This document shows, one piece after another, positions 27,548-43,000 of a stretch of DNA of 64,000 bases. Under the pieces are notes generated by a model, which saw nothing but the letters and a program-made list of their open reading frames with translations, was not told the origin of the DNA and did no database searches. Numbering within the stretch: the first letter of the stretch is position 1; every line of letters begins with the position of its first letter. The DNA is from Octopus vulgaris (Eukaryota). The DNA is taken from the NCBI GenBank assembly GCA_951406725.2, contig OX597816.1:77686001-77750000 (forward strand). The letters run 5' to 3'. The translations under genes and the position numbers were made by a program.

Positions 27548-28050
27548 GATGTATGTCATTCTCCAATCCCAAATTGGGAACGACCATGTTACCAAAACGA
27601 ATTTCCGTTCACGAGGATAGCATCGGAATATTTCGCTTTCGCAGATCAAAAAAGTAGTGGAATCGTGCGAACTTTTAGAATGATTCACTTTTCAGTCAAG
27701 AAAAGTCCGCAATGTTTGCTTCCATCCAGATATGGTTCAATTCGATTGTACAATTTCCAATTGATTTTGTATGGCGCTGTTTCCTCTTTTAATCGCTTTA
27801 TACTAGGAAGAGGTTATATCTTTTCACTGTGATTCATTCTTTTTACTAATATCGAGCCAACCAGTGTCTTTATATCTCCAGCATAGAAATGGTTACGCGT
27901 TTTGAGCTGAAGATTCATCAATATTGTGTGATAGTCGGCGCGAAACTGACGGAAATATTCTGACCAGTAATACACTACTCGACGAAGCCAAAATATAACC
28001 GCTCTATTTTTCAAATTCAATATGCTTTTTCTAACTTATGGACGACTAAC

Positions 28051-28108
<58 letters not shown>

Positions 28109-28683
28109 TTAATCATATGGAAGGGAAATGGAAATTAATAGAAATTTTCACTTCCAGTGGCCTAGCGTGTAAAAATTTAGTCCAAAGACTATGTATTACT
28201 CATAAAATACATTTAAATGTACACTGTATTTTATGAGTATATATATATCTTTTTTCTCTTTTACTTGTTACAGTCACTAGACTTCAGCCATACTGGGGCA
28301 CCGCCTTGAAGAATTTTTAGTTGAATCCCAGTATTTATTCTTTAAGCTTGGTATTTATTTTGTCGGTCTTCTTTGCTGCGCCTCTAAGTTCCGAGGACGT
28401 ACACACACCAACACCAGTTCTCAAGCGGTGGTGGGGGACAAACACAGACACAAAAACACACATACTTGCGCGCGCATGATAGGCTTCTTTCAGTTTCGGT
28501 CTACCAATTCCACTCACAAGGCTTTGATCGGCCCGAGGCTATCGTAGAAGATACTTGCTTAAGGTGCTATACAGTGCGACCGAACCCAGAATACACACAC
28601 ACACAGACATGTAGGAAATATATAGATACCTTTAATTTTCAAAATTTCTAATCTAAGAGTCTTAATATGTTTTCAGAGTAACC

Positions 28684-29055
28684 ATGCCCCACACAAAAAA
28701 TTCAGCAGAACTGTCAGATTTTCAAAGAGGTCTTATTATTAGGCAATCTGAGGCTGGTCTCAGCCAGCGAAAAACTGCTGTAAATCTTCAAATTCCTCTT
28801 GCTACTGTTAATAGAATTATAGTACAATTCAAAAACCAAGGAAAAGAATCAACAGATTCTCGACCCGAGCCCTCGGAAAGGAAGCTTCGCTATTTGAAGA
28901 GAATTGAGGGGAAACGAACACGCTCTAAGGCTTCTGACGTTGCAAAACAGCTAGAAGTTAGTCCAAGAACGTGTGTTACATATCTGCATAAGCTTGGGTA
29001 TTATGGACGAGCAGCTAGAAGAAAACGTTTCCTTCAACCAATTAATATCAAATAA
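28684..29055 (+). mobile_element. Tc1-family transposase N-terminal (paired HTH) remnant
   Basis: ELSDFQRGLII...GLSQRKTAVNLQIPLATVNRII...VSPRT...[14 protein letters not shown]. Truncated before the DDE domain by a stop and the TA tract. Confidence 0.8.
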
Positions 29056-29104
29056 AGATTTTGAAAATCAAAGGTGTCTATTTACTTCCTGCATGTCTGT
29101 GTAT

Positions 29105-31029
<1,925 letters not shown>

Positions 31030-31306
31030 ACAATTGAGGGTAAAATTAATTAATTAATCAATTTCACCAAGTGTTCAGTATGTAAAAGGACCATTTAAGG
31101 CGAATTCAAAATATTACATTATATAATTAGGGCTTAGTAAAATAAATTACTTTGCCACATACTGAACTTAGTAGAAATAGCAGCCAAAAAAAATTTTCTT
31201 AGCATTTCTACTACTTAAAGAAAATTTCTCTCAGATAATGTTTACTCCAGACAGCTCACGAAGGTTTGGAGGTAAATACAGAAAAATATCACAAGTACAT
31301 AGATCG

Positions 31307-31369
31307 TTTGAGTACGTCAACGTTTCAAGATTAGCCAAATAAAATCAGCATTTCTTTCGTCAGCTCAAA
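31307..31369 (-). ncRNA. Type I hammerhead ribozyme motif (intact core), sense to the chitinase pre-mRNA
   Basis: Exact reverse complement of 31865-31927, in the other arm of the inverted repeat. Confidence 0.85.
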
Positions 31370-31864
31370 ATTTCTTAATTTGGATTTGGAAACACTAAAA
31401 AGAAGGAACTTTACCTATCAGCGAACTTGTCGCTTCAGATGAACCACTCCAACTAACAGTGTCAACAAATTCAAAATGCGCAGGCGTAAATCTCTGCACT
31501 CCCCATTCCACCCACGTGGTCTATCTAGCAAACATTATATTTTAACCGCGAGAACCGAGGCAGTATGACTGAGAGAAATGAATTATAATATCAACAATTG
31601 AGGGTAAAATTAATTAATTAATCAATTTCACCAAGTGTTCAGTATGTAAAAGGACCATTTAAGGCGAATTCAAAATATTACATTATATAATTAGGGCTTA
31701 GTAAAATAAATTACTTTGCCACATACTGAACTTAGTAGAAATAGCAGCCAAAAAAAATTTTGCATTTGTTGACACTGTTAGTTGGAGTGGTTCATCTGAA
31801 GCGACAAGTTCGCTGATAGGTAAAGTTCCTTCTTTTTAGTGTTTCCAAATCCAAATTAAGAAAT

Positions 31865-31927
31865 TTTGAGCTGACGAAAGAAATGCTGATTTTATTTGGC
31901 TAATCTTGAAACGTTGACGTACTCAAA
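31865..31927 (+). ncRNA. Type I hammerhead ribozyme motif (intact core)
   Basis: TTTGAG-CTGACGA-[AAGA aat GCTGA ttttat TTGGC taa TCTT]-GAA-ACG ttga CGT-A^CTCAAA: stem I 6 bp, CUGANGA, stem II, GAAA, stem III 3 bp with tetraloop, GUA cleavage triplet (predicted cut after 31921). Confidence 0.85.
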
Positions 31928-32108
31928 CGATCTATGTACTTGTGATATTTTTCTGTATTTATCTCCAAACCTTCGTGAGCTGTCTGGAGTAAACATTATC
32001 TGAGAGAAATTTTTTTAAGTAGTAGAAATGCTAGGAAAATTTTTTTTTGGCTGCTATTTCTACTAAGTTCAGTATGTGGCAAAGTAATTTATTTTACTAA
32101 GCCCTAAT

Positions 32109-32174
<66 letters not shown>

Positions 32175-32218
32175 ATATATATATACATATATATATACAT
32201 ATACATATATCTCTATCT

Positions 32219-33013
32219 CTCTATATATAAAACTGAGAATGTGTGTCTGTCTGTCTGTCTGTGTGTTTCCCTAAAACTTGAGAACTACACAATCAATTTC
32301 ATTAAAAGTTTACACATGCCTTACTTAGGGCCGGGGAGTGTCATCGGCAAAAATTTTTTTTTACTTTTTGCCTAGGGCGAGCCCACAGCAAAATCATATC
32401 TTCTCCACTACGATTCCCTAAAACTCGAGAACTACACAACCAATTTCATTCAAATTTTACACATGCCTTACTTAGGGTCCATGTAGTTTCATGGGCAAAA
32501 AAGTTCAACTTCTTGCCTAGGGCGAGCCCATAGCAATATCATATCTTCTCCACTATTTCAGTATTACGTGTTAAAAGTGAAACAAAAACATTTCTCTATT
32601 TTATGTCAGATACTTTCACTTTAACAATAAAAATAATAACAATTGAATTATATGCAGTAAGTAATAATTAAAATCAAACTAAAGTATAATATAATCGTAA
32701 CATAACAAAAGTAAAAATAGCAATTGGTATAAAATTGCATCAATGATTTGAACTTGAATAAGTGGTTTCACATGAATGGGAATAAATTAAAAATAAAATT
32801 AGCGTGCAGAAATGGAATAGTCCTACAATTCCAGTCTGTTATATATTTTCAGTATTGTTATCACTAGCGATATCAAGATATAACTTTGTATTTTGTATTT
32901 TATGTGTAGATGTATATATATATATAGATGTACATGTAATATGTACACGTATATATACACATATATACATGCACTAGCACTATGACCCGGCAAAGACGGG
33001 TCATAATGCTAGT
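32219..33013 (+). mobile_element. Non-autonomous Helitron with an internal ~148-bp tandem duplication
   Basis: 5' TCTATATATAAAA; 3' hairpin TATGACCCG...CGGGTCATA then CTAG|T. Duplicated block ccctaaaact..ctccacta at about 32268 and 32416. Confidence 0.75.
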
Positions 33014-33045
33014 ATATATATATATATATATCTTTATATATATAC

Positions 33046-33104
<59 letters not shown>

Positions 33105-33122
33105 AAAATACATATATACATA

Positions 33123-33486
33123 GGCGCAGGAGTGGCTGTGTGGTAAGTAGCTTGCTTACCAACCACATGGTTCCGGGTTCAGTCCCACTGCGTGGCACGT
33201 TGAGCATGTGTCTTCTACTATAGCCTCCGGCCGACCAGGGCCCTGTGAGTGGATTTGGTAGACGGAAACTGAAAGAAGCCCGTCATGTATATGTATATGT
33301 GTGTGTGTTTGTGTGTCGCTTGACAATCGATGGTGGTGTGTTTACGTCCGCCTAACTTAGCTGTACGGCAAAAAAACCCCGATAGAATAAGCACTAGGCT
33401 TACAAAGAATAAGGATCGATTTGCTTGACTAAAGGCGGTGCTCCAGCATGGTTGCTGTCAAATGACTGAAACAAAAAAGTAAAGAG
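33123..33486 (+). mobile_element. Full-length tRNA-derived CORE-type SINE (family B)
   Basis: A/B-box head (TGGCTGTGTGGT...GGTTCAGTCC), CORE-like segment, internal microsatellite and conserved tail. Other copies at about 28255-28590 (-), 43255-43690 (+) and 55832-56233 (+). Confidence 0.85.
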
Positions 33487-33496
33487 TACATATATG

Positions 33497-33590
<94 letters not shown>

Positions 33591-33758
33591 GTAACGTAGC
33601 ATTGGTTGATGTTCATAAATGATTTTAACTATTCTTAAAAAAATAGTTGATAGTTTCTACTTTCACCTTGTATTTCGGGATCCCTTGTTCAGGAAGTCTT
33701 CATAGACTTTAAAAACTTTACATACAGAAACTAAACAGACACGCACGTGTGTGTGTGT

Positions 33759-33803
<45 letters not shown>

Positions 33804-35339
33804 CTGTGTGTGTGTGTTCGTGTATGTGTATGTTCGTGCGCGTGCATGTGAATTATGCGGTTGTGCCTGTATGTGTGTACATGTGTGTGTTTATTGAAAT
33901 GGTGATATTAGTGGATGTAGTTCGTATTGTGATATACGTACGTATATAAAACATACATATAAGAACGAGTGTATGACCTTTAAACTTTATGGAGAATTTT
34001 GAAATTTCCATATAATCAATATTTCATATTTTTGAGGAGAAAAAAGAAAACATCGAAAGAAAGGCAGATGAATGATACTGATGGTCATGATGATGATGAT
34101 AATGATGATGATTAATGTATATCGTATTAAGACATTAATAATACCAGTGGTAATAACACTACTTCTAATGCTATCGAAGAAGTTAAACCATCTGCAATTT
34201 AAATTAGCATCTATTATCAACTATCTGTAACTGTTATGTGTGTTTCAGGACATGCTGTCTACATTGTCACTTCCTGCTGGTGTTGTATTGGTTTTTGTTA
34301 TTGTTGTAGTTGGTGTTATTGCAGTGAAATTTGTGTTTATCACTGTTGGTCATTAAAAAAAAAAGTATCATTTCGGTTTGGTCTTGAGAAAAAGAGCTAT
34401 CACCTACGTCAATTTTAACCTCCAGGGCTGGTTAAAATCGACATGGTTAACTTTTGTAAGTCAGCAGCTGCAGGAAATAGAATTCCAAGGGGTCGATGTT
34501 CTTAGAAGGAAGGACTGGATGTAGGGGATATATTGGAGAATCTGGGGATACAATATGGACGTAATATGGTGGAGAAGAGAGACGAGTAAGCGGGAGTGCC
34601 TGAGTGGGGGGAAGACGCACGAGGTCAGCCACATCCAAGGGGCAGAGGCCGCAGCAGCAGCAGCAGCAGTAGTAGTAATGGTGAATTGTATTTGAGCTTA
34701 GAACAGGATCGGTAAGGGCCGAACCACTGGCTGTTCTGCTTGTTGTATATTGTTGATTATTGGTTCTGTTGTTACTGACGTCAATATAGTGCTTATTGTG
34801 ACTGTCGTTGTTTTAGACTAGTGTTGTTATAGTTGTTGCTGTTGTTGCTGTTGTTGTTGTTGTTAAGCAACAAGACGGGCAAGGGTATTTAGGTGATGGT
34901 CTAGGGCTTAGGGGCGGGAGACCCCAGACCTTGGGTGGGGGGAAACTTTGGTCGTCTTGTTGTAGTCGGGGGCTCTTCGTTGACGCCCGACACCACTGGG
35001 AGGTGGCCCTCGAAGTCGCTGGAGATGGAGATCTCCAGGTCCAAATTCTTGAACGGCTGTTGTTGTGGCTGCTATCAGAGCTATAGTATTTGTTTGTTGC
35101 TTTATGACAAAGTGTTATTGTTGTTATCGCTGCTGTCGTTCTTGTTGCTGTTGGTAACAATGTAGCTTATTCTTCTTATTGTTGTTGATGTTATAGTTAA
35201 TATTGTTTGCAGACATCCCTGATTTCCTTCTCGATATTGTTCTTGGAGTTCTTGATACTGGTATTCCGTATTACTTATTTTGTTAATACTACGATTGCAT
35301 TTATTACTATTATAATTTCCAGATGTTCTTGGCCTGGTA

Positions 35340-36100
35340 GTACTACCGGGGTGGGGGTGCTACCGGTTCGAGATGAACTTTACAGGCACGGATGTGGCGT
35401 CAGACGGGCTTGTCCGAGGTGTGCGCGGAGTGACGAAACTGATCTGTACACACTCTTTCAGTGTCCGGGCATTGCTGACTTGTGGGGTTATGTCGAGCTG
35501 CTGCATCCACGAGTGGGACGGATCCGTCTATCGGTCGAGTCTGTAGTGATGATTGCTCCGCCGCGCCCTCCTTCGATCGGACAGGCAAGGCAGTTTTCCT
35601 TCGCCTGGTAGCTGTGGGGAAAAAATTTGTTTGGTGGACAAGGCGACAGATACAGTCCTCTTTGGTCTGACTTCTTCAAGTCTCACTTGAAAAAGAAATT
35701 GAGAGTGGAGAGGGAAGTGCTGTCACTGAGTGAGTTTACTGAAAGGCGGATGAAAGTTGCAAAAATGGCAAGAGTAGATGGTGCCCCTCTAAGTGTAGAC
35801 CTGTAAGTCGGAGAGAGCACTCGTACTTGGCGTTCAGGGAAATCTCGGACAGTGGGGTTCCTCGATTATCCATAGAGGTCATCTTGTATCAGGAGGGCTA
35901 CATCTCTATCCCCACTCCTTTATTCCCTTTAAATCTTTGTATACTATGTATATTTCCTTTCCTTTTCATTGTATACCGTGTATACTTACAATTTTTTGGT
36001 ACTTATTCAATTATTTTATCCTTTTATTATATGTAAACCCACACATTTTATGTCTTCTTTGTATTGTCCCCCTCCTCCTTCGCCCTGGTGGCAAATAAAT
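35340..36100 (+). mobile_element. L1/Tx1-like LINE 3' end (zf-RVT plus 3' UTR)
   Basis: LPVRDELYRHG...ACPRCARSDETDLYTLFQCP (CxxC..ET..C zinc finger), followed by a T-rich UTR ending AATAAAT. Confidence 0.75.
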
Positions 36101-36529
36101 TAAATCATCATCCTCATTATTATTATTATGTTGTTTGTTGCTGCTGTTGTGTTTTTTCCCGGTGTCGTTTTTTGTTGTTGTCAAGGTTTCCTCCCTCCAC
36201 CGCCCGTCCGTCTAATTTCAAATTTGATCCATATCAGTGAACTTATAGTGATGCATGCCGTAAGCTTTTTGATTGCGTCCATACGTACACATAAATACAT
36301 TCATTTGTGTGCATGTGTACTTGCGCACGCGCGCGCTTTACGTGCTTGCGTATGTGAGAATGCGTGCGTGTGTGTGACTAGACGCACAGGAACATCACAA
36401 GCAACATTATTTCAATTCATCTAACTGAGACAGTTATTCATTGGGCGCGTTCTACTACTAATTAGAAATTAGTTGAAGCTATGACCAATATCTGTGACAC
36501 ACACGCATACATACACACGCACACATTTA

Positions 36530-36597
<68 letters not shown>

Positions 36598-37149
36598 TAA
36601 TATATATATGTATGTATGTATGTATTTGCATATGTATATTCGAATGACTCCGAAATACGCCTTGTAATCATGAAATTGCGAGTTCTATTTCTATGTAGTA
36701 ACATAGCATCTTGGACGAATGCGTGAGTGAGATTATGGAGACGCGAATTATTACACGACCCTGTCGTATGTGATGTCCTGGTAACTCAAAAGGTACATAC
36801 TGTGTTACACTGACACACCGGAAGTTAAGAAGCAGGTAAGTCAGCTGATTGAAAACCAACAGAGAAACATCCATCAATGTATGTATGTATGTATGTATGT
36901 ATGTATGTATGTATGTATGTATGTATGTATGTATGTATGTATGTATGTATGTATGTGTATATGTGTAGGTATATAAAAAAATAAAGAATCACCCACTTTT
37001 GCCAGTTGAGTAGACCAGAGCAACGTGAAATGATGTGTTTTCCTCAAGAACGTAACTCATTGCCCGGTCCAGAAATTGAAACCACAACCTTGCAGTTATG
37101 AGTACAACACCTTTACTTAGCCACGCATCTCCACATACATAAGTATGTA

Positions 37150-38490
37150 TATATATATATATATATATATATACACTCACACTCACATACGCACACACCA
37201 ACATAAACACGCACACGCACACACACACCTACACTCCCACACACATACACACGCACCTACATACACACACACACATGCACGGACACACCCAGACATACGG
37301 ACATACACCTACATACATACACACACCTATATACACACCTACACACATACATACACACATACACGGACACACCCATACATACTTACATACATACACCTAT
37401 ACACACACGCCTACACACCTACACACACACATGCATACACACACATGTACGCACATACACACACATATACGCACATACATATATACCCACACACATGCAC
37501 ACACACACACACACATACGCACATGCATGCACGCATGCACACGCGCACACCTACACGCATACACACACACACACGCACGTACACATACATACATACACAC
37601 ACGCATACATACACCCATACACATACATGCATCCTACACACACATACATACACACTCACACATACATACACACACACGCACTCACTCACACACCTGTATG
37701 TTCGCGCACACACATGCACATACACACACTTCCCCACACCCACACGTACATACATACACACTCATACACATACACACACACACACACACACGGACATACA
37801 TCTATGCACACACATATATACACACATACTCACATACATTCATCGGACACACTGCCACCCAGACATACACACAGACACACTCACACATCCACACACACAC
37901 ATACGTACGCGCACACTCGCAGGCGCGCGCACACACGCGCTTGCGCCGGTTCGCGCACGCATGCGCGCCGCATGCACCTCGCCCTTGGACCCGACGAGAC
38001 CTCCCGCCCGTTCCTGGGATGTCGCTTGTCGTTGGGTTTTCCCACGCCCGTCTCCGCGGGACCACTCTTCCATCTTCCCCTCCGCTGGAGTCCTTTTCCT
38101 TAACCCCCCCCCCTTTTTTCGTTACACACACGCGCACACATATACACACATTGCTTAAACATATACATTACTCTTACACACATTCAATCTACTCGCCATT
38201 AATACTACCACGACACTGGACACACACACACACTACTACTCAACACACGCTGGCACGCTACATACGCCCCCACCCCTTCCCCTCCCTCCCTTCCTCCTTC
38301 CTCCCTTTTCTTACTACTGACCTTTGTCTGCTATGCTGCTGCTATGCTGACCACCGTCTCGCCCTACCTCACACGCCTACACACAGACGCACACACTAAC
38401 ACATACATATATTTTTTGTTTTTTTATCTCGCCTCACACACACACATACACACACGCACACGCACACACTCACACATACACACACATCTG
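37150..38490. repeat. Degenerate (CA)-rich tract
   Basis: Directly visible; explains the His/Thr-rich ORFs. Confidence 0.9.
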
Positions 38491-38776
38491 TTGCGTTACC
38501 AACCTTGTCTCCACTCTTTTGCCTTTAAAAACCCACTTTGCTCTTGTTATCGTAAACATCCGCCTTTCACCATGTGTAACTCCTAACACCAGTCGTTTTT
38601 TTCTCTATCTCCGTGCCCGCTCTGGGATCTTTCTTTCCTCTCTCTTCCTTCTTTATGTTTCCGACGAAGAGCTCCGCTCGAAACGTCATACCTCCCTGCT
38701 TCCATTTCCTGAGCGCCTATTAATAATAATACTGTAATTGTTCCATTGTTGTTGTTTTTTGTTTCCCGTTTGGATT

Positions 38777-38838
<62 letters not shown>

Positions 38839-38934
38839 CGGGAAGCTTTATGAAAATAAACAAAAGACGAAGGCAGGTGGAGTACAAACAAACTATTGTA
38901 TTAGTATGGCGCTCAGGAATATGAATAAAACAAG

Positions 38935-38972
38935 TCTTTTATGTTTCGAGCCTACGCTCTTCAACAGAAAGA
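38935..38972 (-). ncRNA. Minimal Penelope-type hammerhead-like motif, mutated
   Basis: Reverse complement TCTTT-CTGTTGA-A-GAGC gtag GCTC-GAAACATA-AAAGA. Stems I and II pair, but the core has A->T. A related plus-strand copy CCGACGA-A-GAGC tcc GCTC-GAAACGTC lies at 38661-38687. Confidence 0.5.
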
Positions 38973-38985
38973 TACACAGAAAAGA

Positions 38986-39067
<82 letters not shown>

Positions 39068-39343
39068 TGTGTGTGTGTGTATTTACAGACGCACATGACC
39101 TGGGCATGACTTTGCATCCGTTACTGGAGTCCCAGTACAGGAATTTTCGTGTTTTGAGGAATGTGGAATCACCCCTTAGCCACTGGTGTTATAAAGCTGG
39201 TTGCACTGAAAGGTAGAGTCAGTGCTATGCAACGCGTTATCCACTCAAAACAAATTCACGCACAGGAACTTCTTGGACTCTTGGAACACTTGAGTTGCTT
39301 AGACTCACACGGTTACGAGTTGACATATATATATATATATATT

Positions 39344-39463
39344 TATTTATTACTGGTGAAGGCCGGTTTATAGGGTTATCCTGGGTTTCCCGCCATAAAA
39401 GTACCATTTATGGCGAGAAACCCAGGGTAACCCTATAAACCGGCATTCACCAGTACTAAATAT
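39344..39463. repeat. Near-perfect hairpin / MITE-like element (~55-bp arms)
   Basis: tactggtgaaggccggtttatagggttatcctgggtttcccgccataaa / tttatggcgagaaacccagggtaaccctataaaccggcattcaccagta, TA-flanked. Confidence 0.85.
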
Positions 39464-39631
39464 AGACTGCTCTACTGTTTGCTTAGAGTGTGCTTCTTCT
39501 CCAGGTTTATGCTTTTCTAAAAAAAAAACTATATATATATATATAATGGCGGTGCCCCAGCATGGCCACAGCTCATTAGCTGAAACTGGAAAAATCAAAT
39601 CAAAATCAAAATCATATACATATACATATAC

Positions 39632-39687
<56 letters not shown>

Positions 39688-39775
39688 ATTATTATATGTA
39701 GAAAAATACAAACTGGGACAAGAACGTAAAACATTTAGAAGACGATACGTCCCAGTTTGTATTTTTCTACATATG

Positions 39776-39886
<111 letters not shown>

Positions 39887-40078
39887 CATATATATATATA
39901 CACATATGTACCTGTGAATTGATTTAGAAAAATATATTTAAGTGTAAATAATTATGTCTGTGTACATGTGTCTGTGTATATGTGTGCGCGCTCGCATGAG
40001 TATGCGCGTAAATATGTATAAATTAGCTGTTAGACGAAGTATCATTTGTTAAGTGTTGTTTTTCCCCTTGCTACTTAC

Positions 40079-40285
40079 CTCATAGAATGACAGTATACCA
40101 GCTTCGTTTGTTTGAGGGCCTGGTCGTCCTCCTCTATCTGCAGATACGTTTGATCTTACTGCTGGGGCGCGTATGCCATTCACTGCTGGATTGGCTAGAG
40201 TAAAACTCATACCATACGTAGCAATACCTACAATCAAACGGTCACGTGGCATGCCCTGCCTGAGCCAAAAATTTATGGACCAAAC
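40079..40285 (-). CDS. GH18 chitinase exon (start of chitinase insertion domain)
   Basis: ctttccag|GTT TGG TCC...TAT GAG|gtaagt = VWSINFWLRQGMPRDRLIVGIATYGMSFTLANPAVNGIRAPAVRSNVSADRGGRPGPQTNEAGILSFYE. 207 nt, phase 0 to 0. Confidence 0.95.
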
Positions 40286-41557
40286 CTGGAAAGAAGAGAA
40301 AAATAAATGATAGAATTGAATTGACTATATACTGAAAAATAAAGTTACCATCGTTTCTATAAAGTCCGCCGGGAATATGTTAAATTCGGAACGTAGACGA
40401 TGTCGCTGATTCCAACCGAATTTTTCCGTATTAAACTTACAGAGAAAGGCTCAACCGAAACCTATTTTTCTCCATCAGCTATTACCATAGAATAAAATGA
40501 ATTTTATAGCGTATAGAATAATATTAATTACAAGGGTAGTTGAGTTGGGTGCCATTCCGAAAGGCATATTTTTAAAATGCTGAATTAGTAAACCTTAATA
40601 TCAAAAATTCCAATCCAGCTTAACTGGAATGCATTTAAACCAGGAAATCACAGAGGTGGCATACAAGGAACCCAAGGATGTGTTTACCAATATTGGTTTC
40701 CTACATTGGCTCAAAACTTGAAATGTGAAGAAGGAATATATTTTCTTTCCTCATCCACTCACGCAAAGTTATTAATATTCCTTAGCTCAATACTGATCAA
40801 ACATGCTCATTTAAGCTATCTCATATTTTTCAAGCATCCCGGTCTACATTACCCAATGTGTGAATGATTTGAGGGATAGTTGCCTGCTACTTTTAGCATG
40901 TCAAGCGACATCAAGATGTGCTGTCGTTGGCTCGTATACACAGTAAGCAACTTAATACTGCGAATTGTATTTCTATTATCTTACTTTCGTAATTATAAGC
41001 AACACATGAAAGGTTTTACGAACAACAACTACAACGGCGGCTGTACGGAAGGTAACTGTATCTACGGTCTGATTGGCACCAAGTAGCGTCTCTGGACATC
41101 TGCAAAATAGATGCGCAAAGTTGATTGTAACAGCTGTTGCTGTTCGAAAATCAATCATTGTATTGTAACGACTGGTCATTACGATGCAATAAGCCAGTTT
41201 TAGCTAATATTGCACGTTGGTACTGACGTAAAATATTTGCTGAAAGGGGAATGACAGACAGACAGGCAGAAAATTAGATAGATAGAAAGATAACTTTCTT
41301 TATTGGCCACACAGGGCTGGACACAGAGGGGACAAATACAAGTGTAGAGCTTTTCTAGATATATAGATAAATAGATAGATAGATTGATTGATAGATAGAT
41401 AGGAGAGAGAAGGGAGAAAAAGAGACAGAAAATATATCGGAAGAAAGGACAGGGAGAGGGAAACAAAAAGATAAAGAGTTGGTGAGGGAATGAGCAAAGA
41501 GAGAAAAGGAGGAATGGAGAGAGAGAGACAGAGAACAGAAAAGATAGACAAAGCTAG

Positions 41558-41588
<31 letters not shown>

Positions 41589-41706
41589 GGGATGGTGTGT
41601 GTGTGTGTGTGTGAGAGAGAGAGGGGGGGGGAGAAAGATGGATGGTGAGTGAGAGAGAAAGAGAGAAAGTATAAATGTAAGGAGCAAGTTATTGGTAGGG
41701 GCAAGT

Positions 41707-41888
41707 ACGAGGATGGGTTGAAAAGTTCATAGACTGACTAAGAAGGAATGATTCTAGAGCTATGAAATCTTGCATGCATTAATTCCAATCCATATTAGTA
41801 ATAACTGAATTTTTTTTCCAGGTAAATTGACATCTGGCTGTTCAAAGAAGACTTCAAAAGTAACTAGTAACAACTTCTCTTGAAAATC
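41707..41888 (+). mobile_element. mariner-like terminal fragment
   Basis: TA|CGAGGATGGGTTGAAAAGTT resembles mariner TIRs; no second end found. Confidence 0.45.
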
Positions 41889-41889
41889 A

Positions 41890-42099
41890 TTTCTACTATA
41901 GGCACAAGGCTTGAAATTTGGAGGGAGGTGGCCAGTCGATTAGATCGACCTAAGTACGCAACTGGTACTTAATTTATCGACCCCGAAAGAATGAAAGGCA
42001 AAGTCGACCGCGGCGGAATTTGAACTCAAAACGTAACGGCAGATGAAATCTCGCAAAGCATTTCGCCTGGCGTGCTAACGTTTCTGCCAGTTCGCCGCC
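41890..42099 (-). mobile_element. SINE family A (second tail type)
   Basis: Reverse-complement match to the third unit of the 52 kb trimer. Confidence 0.85.
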
Positions 42100-42104
42100 T
42101 TAGA

Positions 42105-42663
42105 AGTGAGAGAGAGAGAAAAAGAGATATATAGTCTTATTGAGTGAGTGAGTGAGTGAGTGAGTAAGAGGGAGAAAGGGATATAGAGAAGTGAGAGAAA
42201 AGAGTGGAGAGGAAGAGAGAGAAGAATGAGAGCGATTGAGAGAGAGAGAGAGAGAGAGAGAAGAGAAGAGAGAGAAGGAAAGAAAAAGGAGAGAGAGAGT
42301 TAGAGAAACAGATAGAAAGGGAAGCAAGAGAGAACGAAAGAGAAGTGAGAGAGAAGAAAAAGAGGAGAAAGAGACGAGAGAGAGAAGAGAAGGAAGAAGA
42401 GAGAAGAGAGGGAAAAGAGAGGGAGAGAGAGAAGAGAGAGAGAAAAAAGAAGCATACAATCTTATTGAGTGAGTGAGTGAGAGAGAGAGACAGAGAGACA
42501 GGAAAAGGGATATAGAGAAAAGAGAAGAGGGAAGAGAGAGAAAAGGGAAACGAAAGAGAGAGAGAGAGAGAGAGAAGAGAGAGAAGAGAAAGAGGGAGAG
42601 AGCGTGAGAAAGAGAGAAACGAAAGCGAAGACAGATGAGAGAGAAGCGAGAGAGGCGAGAGAG

Positions 42664-42700
<37 letters not shown>
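42105..42700. repeat. Polypurine (GA-rich) tract with an internal duplication
   Basis: Almost pure A/G on the plus strand; tcttattgagtgagtgag recurs at about 42135 and 42460. Confidence 0.9.
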
Positions 42701-42702
<2 letters not shown>

Positions 42703-42742
42703 GTGACATTCATATCTTTCAAAAACAGCTTTAGTAATTTAA

Positions 42743-43000
42743 CTCTTTTGTTACTATATTTCTGTTAGTTTACTTGAAAAAAAAACCAAAAAACAATTCA
42801 GTTATTACTAATATGGATTGGAATTATGCTCTGTGTTTCTTTGAATTAATTTTAAATATAACACTTAGTTATCATTAAGCTAGCGTTAAGAACAAATTGT
42901 GACTAAGGTTTGGCGGAAGATTTTAATTCAGAACTTTTGAAAACAAGACATTTGTACTGCAGAGCCAGAGGCGGCTTTAGCCGGGTTGGTATCAGAAGGG
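42743..43000. mobile_element. piggyBac-like MITE
   Basis: TTAA|CTCTTTTGTTAC ... GTATCAGAAGGG|TTAA: TTAA TSD with imperfect CCCTTT-type TIRs. Confidence 0.65.

Noticed and set aside
27912-27952. CTGAAGA...GAAAC as a possible hammerhead
   Set aside because: Could not form stem II, a UH triplet or stem I by eye.
37145-38399. His/Thr-rich ORFs (337 and 374 aa)
   Set aside because: Translations of a degenerate (CA)n tract; no splice or domain support.
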